Assembly (NCBI GenBank): GCA_963815455.1
Contig: CAWFGO010000001.1
Location: 480,001-544,000, forward strand
Reading direction: 5' to 3'
DNA: 64,000 nucleotides
From: an uncultured Verrucomicrobiae bacterium
GTDB taxonomy: Bacteria; Verrucomicrobiota; Verrucomicrobiia; Chthoniobacterales; UBA10450
Under the pieces are notes generated by a model. That model had not been told where the DNA came from, did no database searches, and worked only from the letters and a program-made list of their open reading frames with translations. This document shows, piece after piece, positions 62,284-64,000 of this stretch (the first letter of the stretch is position 1; each line of letters begins with the position of its first letter). Position numbers and translations under genes: made by a program.

Positions 62284-62341
62284 ATTTCCTTGATTCAAAA
62301 GTCTTGAATAGAAAGCCTTAACGGCAGTCTAATCGAGCACT

Positions 62342-62653
62342 ATGAAAACTACCCTGTGCAGTTTGTTAGCAATAATGGCCCTCGCCCTGAGCGGCGCGGC
62401 GTTGGCCGGAGGCAAGGATTATCAAGTCACCGGCCCGGTGCTTGAAAAGACCGACTCAATGATCGCAGTGCAAAAAGGAAAGGACCGTTGGGAAATCCAA
62501 ATGTCGTCCAGCACAACGGGCGCGGCTGACGTAAAGGTCGGCGACAAAGTCACGATCCACTACACAATGTCGGCAACCTCGGTCGAAGCGAAGGCAGCCA
62601 AGGCCGATAAGGGCGCAAAGAAAGACGAAAAGACCGAAAAGAAGGCGAAATAA
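62342..62653 (+). CDS. Small secreted hypothetical protein
   Basis: Signal peptide, YQVTGPVLE, KVGDKVTI.Y.M.A, Lys-rich tail. Confidence 0.8.
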   Translation: MKTTLCSLLAIMALALSGAALAGGKDYQVTGPVLEKTDSMIAVQKGKDRWEIQMSSSTTGAADVKVGDKVTIHYTMSATSVEAKAAKADKGAKKDEKTEKKAK

Positions 62654-62711
62654 CGACTCGCTGCTAGCTATTCAAAATTGCCGGGGGCTCGTGCCCCGGC
62701 GATTTTCTTGG

Positions 62712-62830
62712 GTGGATCGTGCGCTCCGCGCGCGATGTTAAACCCAGGCGGCGAAAGCCGCCCAAGACGAAACAATTCGAGCGCCTCCGGCGGGATTATT
62801 ACCATCGAGCGACGGAGCGCTCGATCCACC
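62712..62830. repeat. REP-like doublet (GGTGGATCG.GCGCTCCG...CGGAGCGCTCGATCCACC)
   Basis: Near-perfect 18-bp terminal inverted repeat between convergent genes. Confidence 0.8.
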
Positions 62831-64000
62831 TTAGAACCGGCTGCGCCGGCCTGCGCCGAGAATGCTTCCCAGAAGACCCCGAGCAATCTCACGGCCCACC
62901 GAAGAACTCGCCGCGCGCACGACACTTTTCATCGCGCTGGTCGCCATGGAATCGTGGACGGCTCCGCGCGGACCGATCGTCGGTTTGAAAATAGAACCTG
63001 CTGTTCCGAGGGCCTTTTCCAAAATCGATCCTCCGCCGCCCTCCTGCGGCGCACCTGCCGCTGGCGTTTGCGGAGTTCCCGCCGCCTCGACCCTTTCGCC
63101 GGCTCGTGCCTGCAACTTCTCGTAAGCCGATTCTCGATCGACGGCTTTTTCGTAGTGTCCGGCCAGGACTGATGAGTCGATGATTTGCTTGCGCTGCTGG
63201 GGTGTAATCGCTCCGACCTGACTGTGCGGCGGAACAATCTTCGCCCGCTCGACAATCTGTGGCGTGCCGTTCTCCTCCAACATCGAGACCAGCGCTTCAC
63301 CGACTGCGAGCTCGGTAATGACCGTCTCCACCTTGAACTTTGGGTTCTGTCGAAAAGTCTGCGCCGCAGCCGTCACTGCTTTTTGGTCGCGCGGCGTGAA
63401 TGCGCGCAAGGCGTGTTGGGCGCGATTGCCCAGCTGCCCGAGGACAACATCGGGAATATCGAGCGGATTCTGACTAACGAAGTAAACGCCAACGCCTTTG
63501 GAACGAATCAGCCGCACCATTTGTTCGATCTTCTGTTCGACTGACGGCGCGATATCGGTGAAGAGCAGATGCGCCTCATCGAAAAAGAATACCAGCGTCG
63601 GCTTTTCCGGGTCGCCGATCTCGGGCAACCGCTCGAATAATTCCGAAAGCATCCAAAGCAGGAACGTGGCGTAAACCTTGGGCGACTGTTGCATCAACTT
63701 GTCCGCCGCCAGAATATTGATCACGCCTTTCCCACCTTGGGTTTGGATCAAGTCCTCCAGGTTCAACGCCGGCTCGCCGAAAAATTTGTCTGCGCCCTGC
63801 GATTCCAGGGCCAGCAGGTTACGCTGGATCGCGCCGGCGCTAGCAGTGGAGACATTGCCAAACTCGGTTTTGAACTGGTCAGCATTGTCCGCGACATACT
63901 GCAAGCATCGAGCGCAGGTCTTTAAGATCGAGAAGGAGCAACCCGTTTTCGTCTGCGATCTTAAACACCATGTTTAGCACACCCTCCTGCGTGTCATTCA
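62831..64000 (-). CDS. DUF853/YjgR HerA-like ATPase, 3' part (apparent frameshift near 63905; runs off window end)
   Basis: [45 protein letters not shown]. Confidence 0.9.

Overview
A 64-kb bacterial chromosome segment, most likely from a soil Verrucomicrobiota (Chthoniobacterales-like). This assignment is inferred from gene content and repeat style, not from a database search. In order it holds: (i) a large K+ homeostasis island with kup, two KdpD/KdpE-type systems, and a rearranged kdpF-kdpB-peptide-kdpA-kdpC operon followed by a small protein and an outer-membrane barrel; (ii) housekeeping genes (pepF, cbpA, rpiB, pilC, rarA, asnS, speA, kdsA-lptCAB-hprK-ptsH-ptsI, coaD-yceD-rpmF-plsX-fabH-tatD, gmd, rph); (iii) a stand-alone 23S-5S rRNA unit with no 16S gene, whose 23S carries two insertions, one encoding a small GIY-YIG nuclease; (iv) a tightly coupled five-gene MORC/histidine kinase - receiver - C5 methyltransferase - Vsr - membrane protein operon; (v) ferritin and a DUF853/HerA-like ATPase. 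Many REP-like palindromes and 7-bp tandem arrays are scattered throughout, and some are translated in frame inside proteins. Numerous single-base frameshifts in conserved genes suggest long-read indel errors rather than real pseudogenes. The best novelty candidates are the nuclease-encoding 23S intervening sequence, the MORC-kinase/methyltransferase operon, and a small-protein family (motif FWTxFIENPRP) present twice in the Kdp region.
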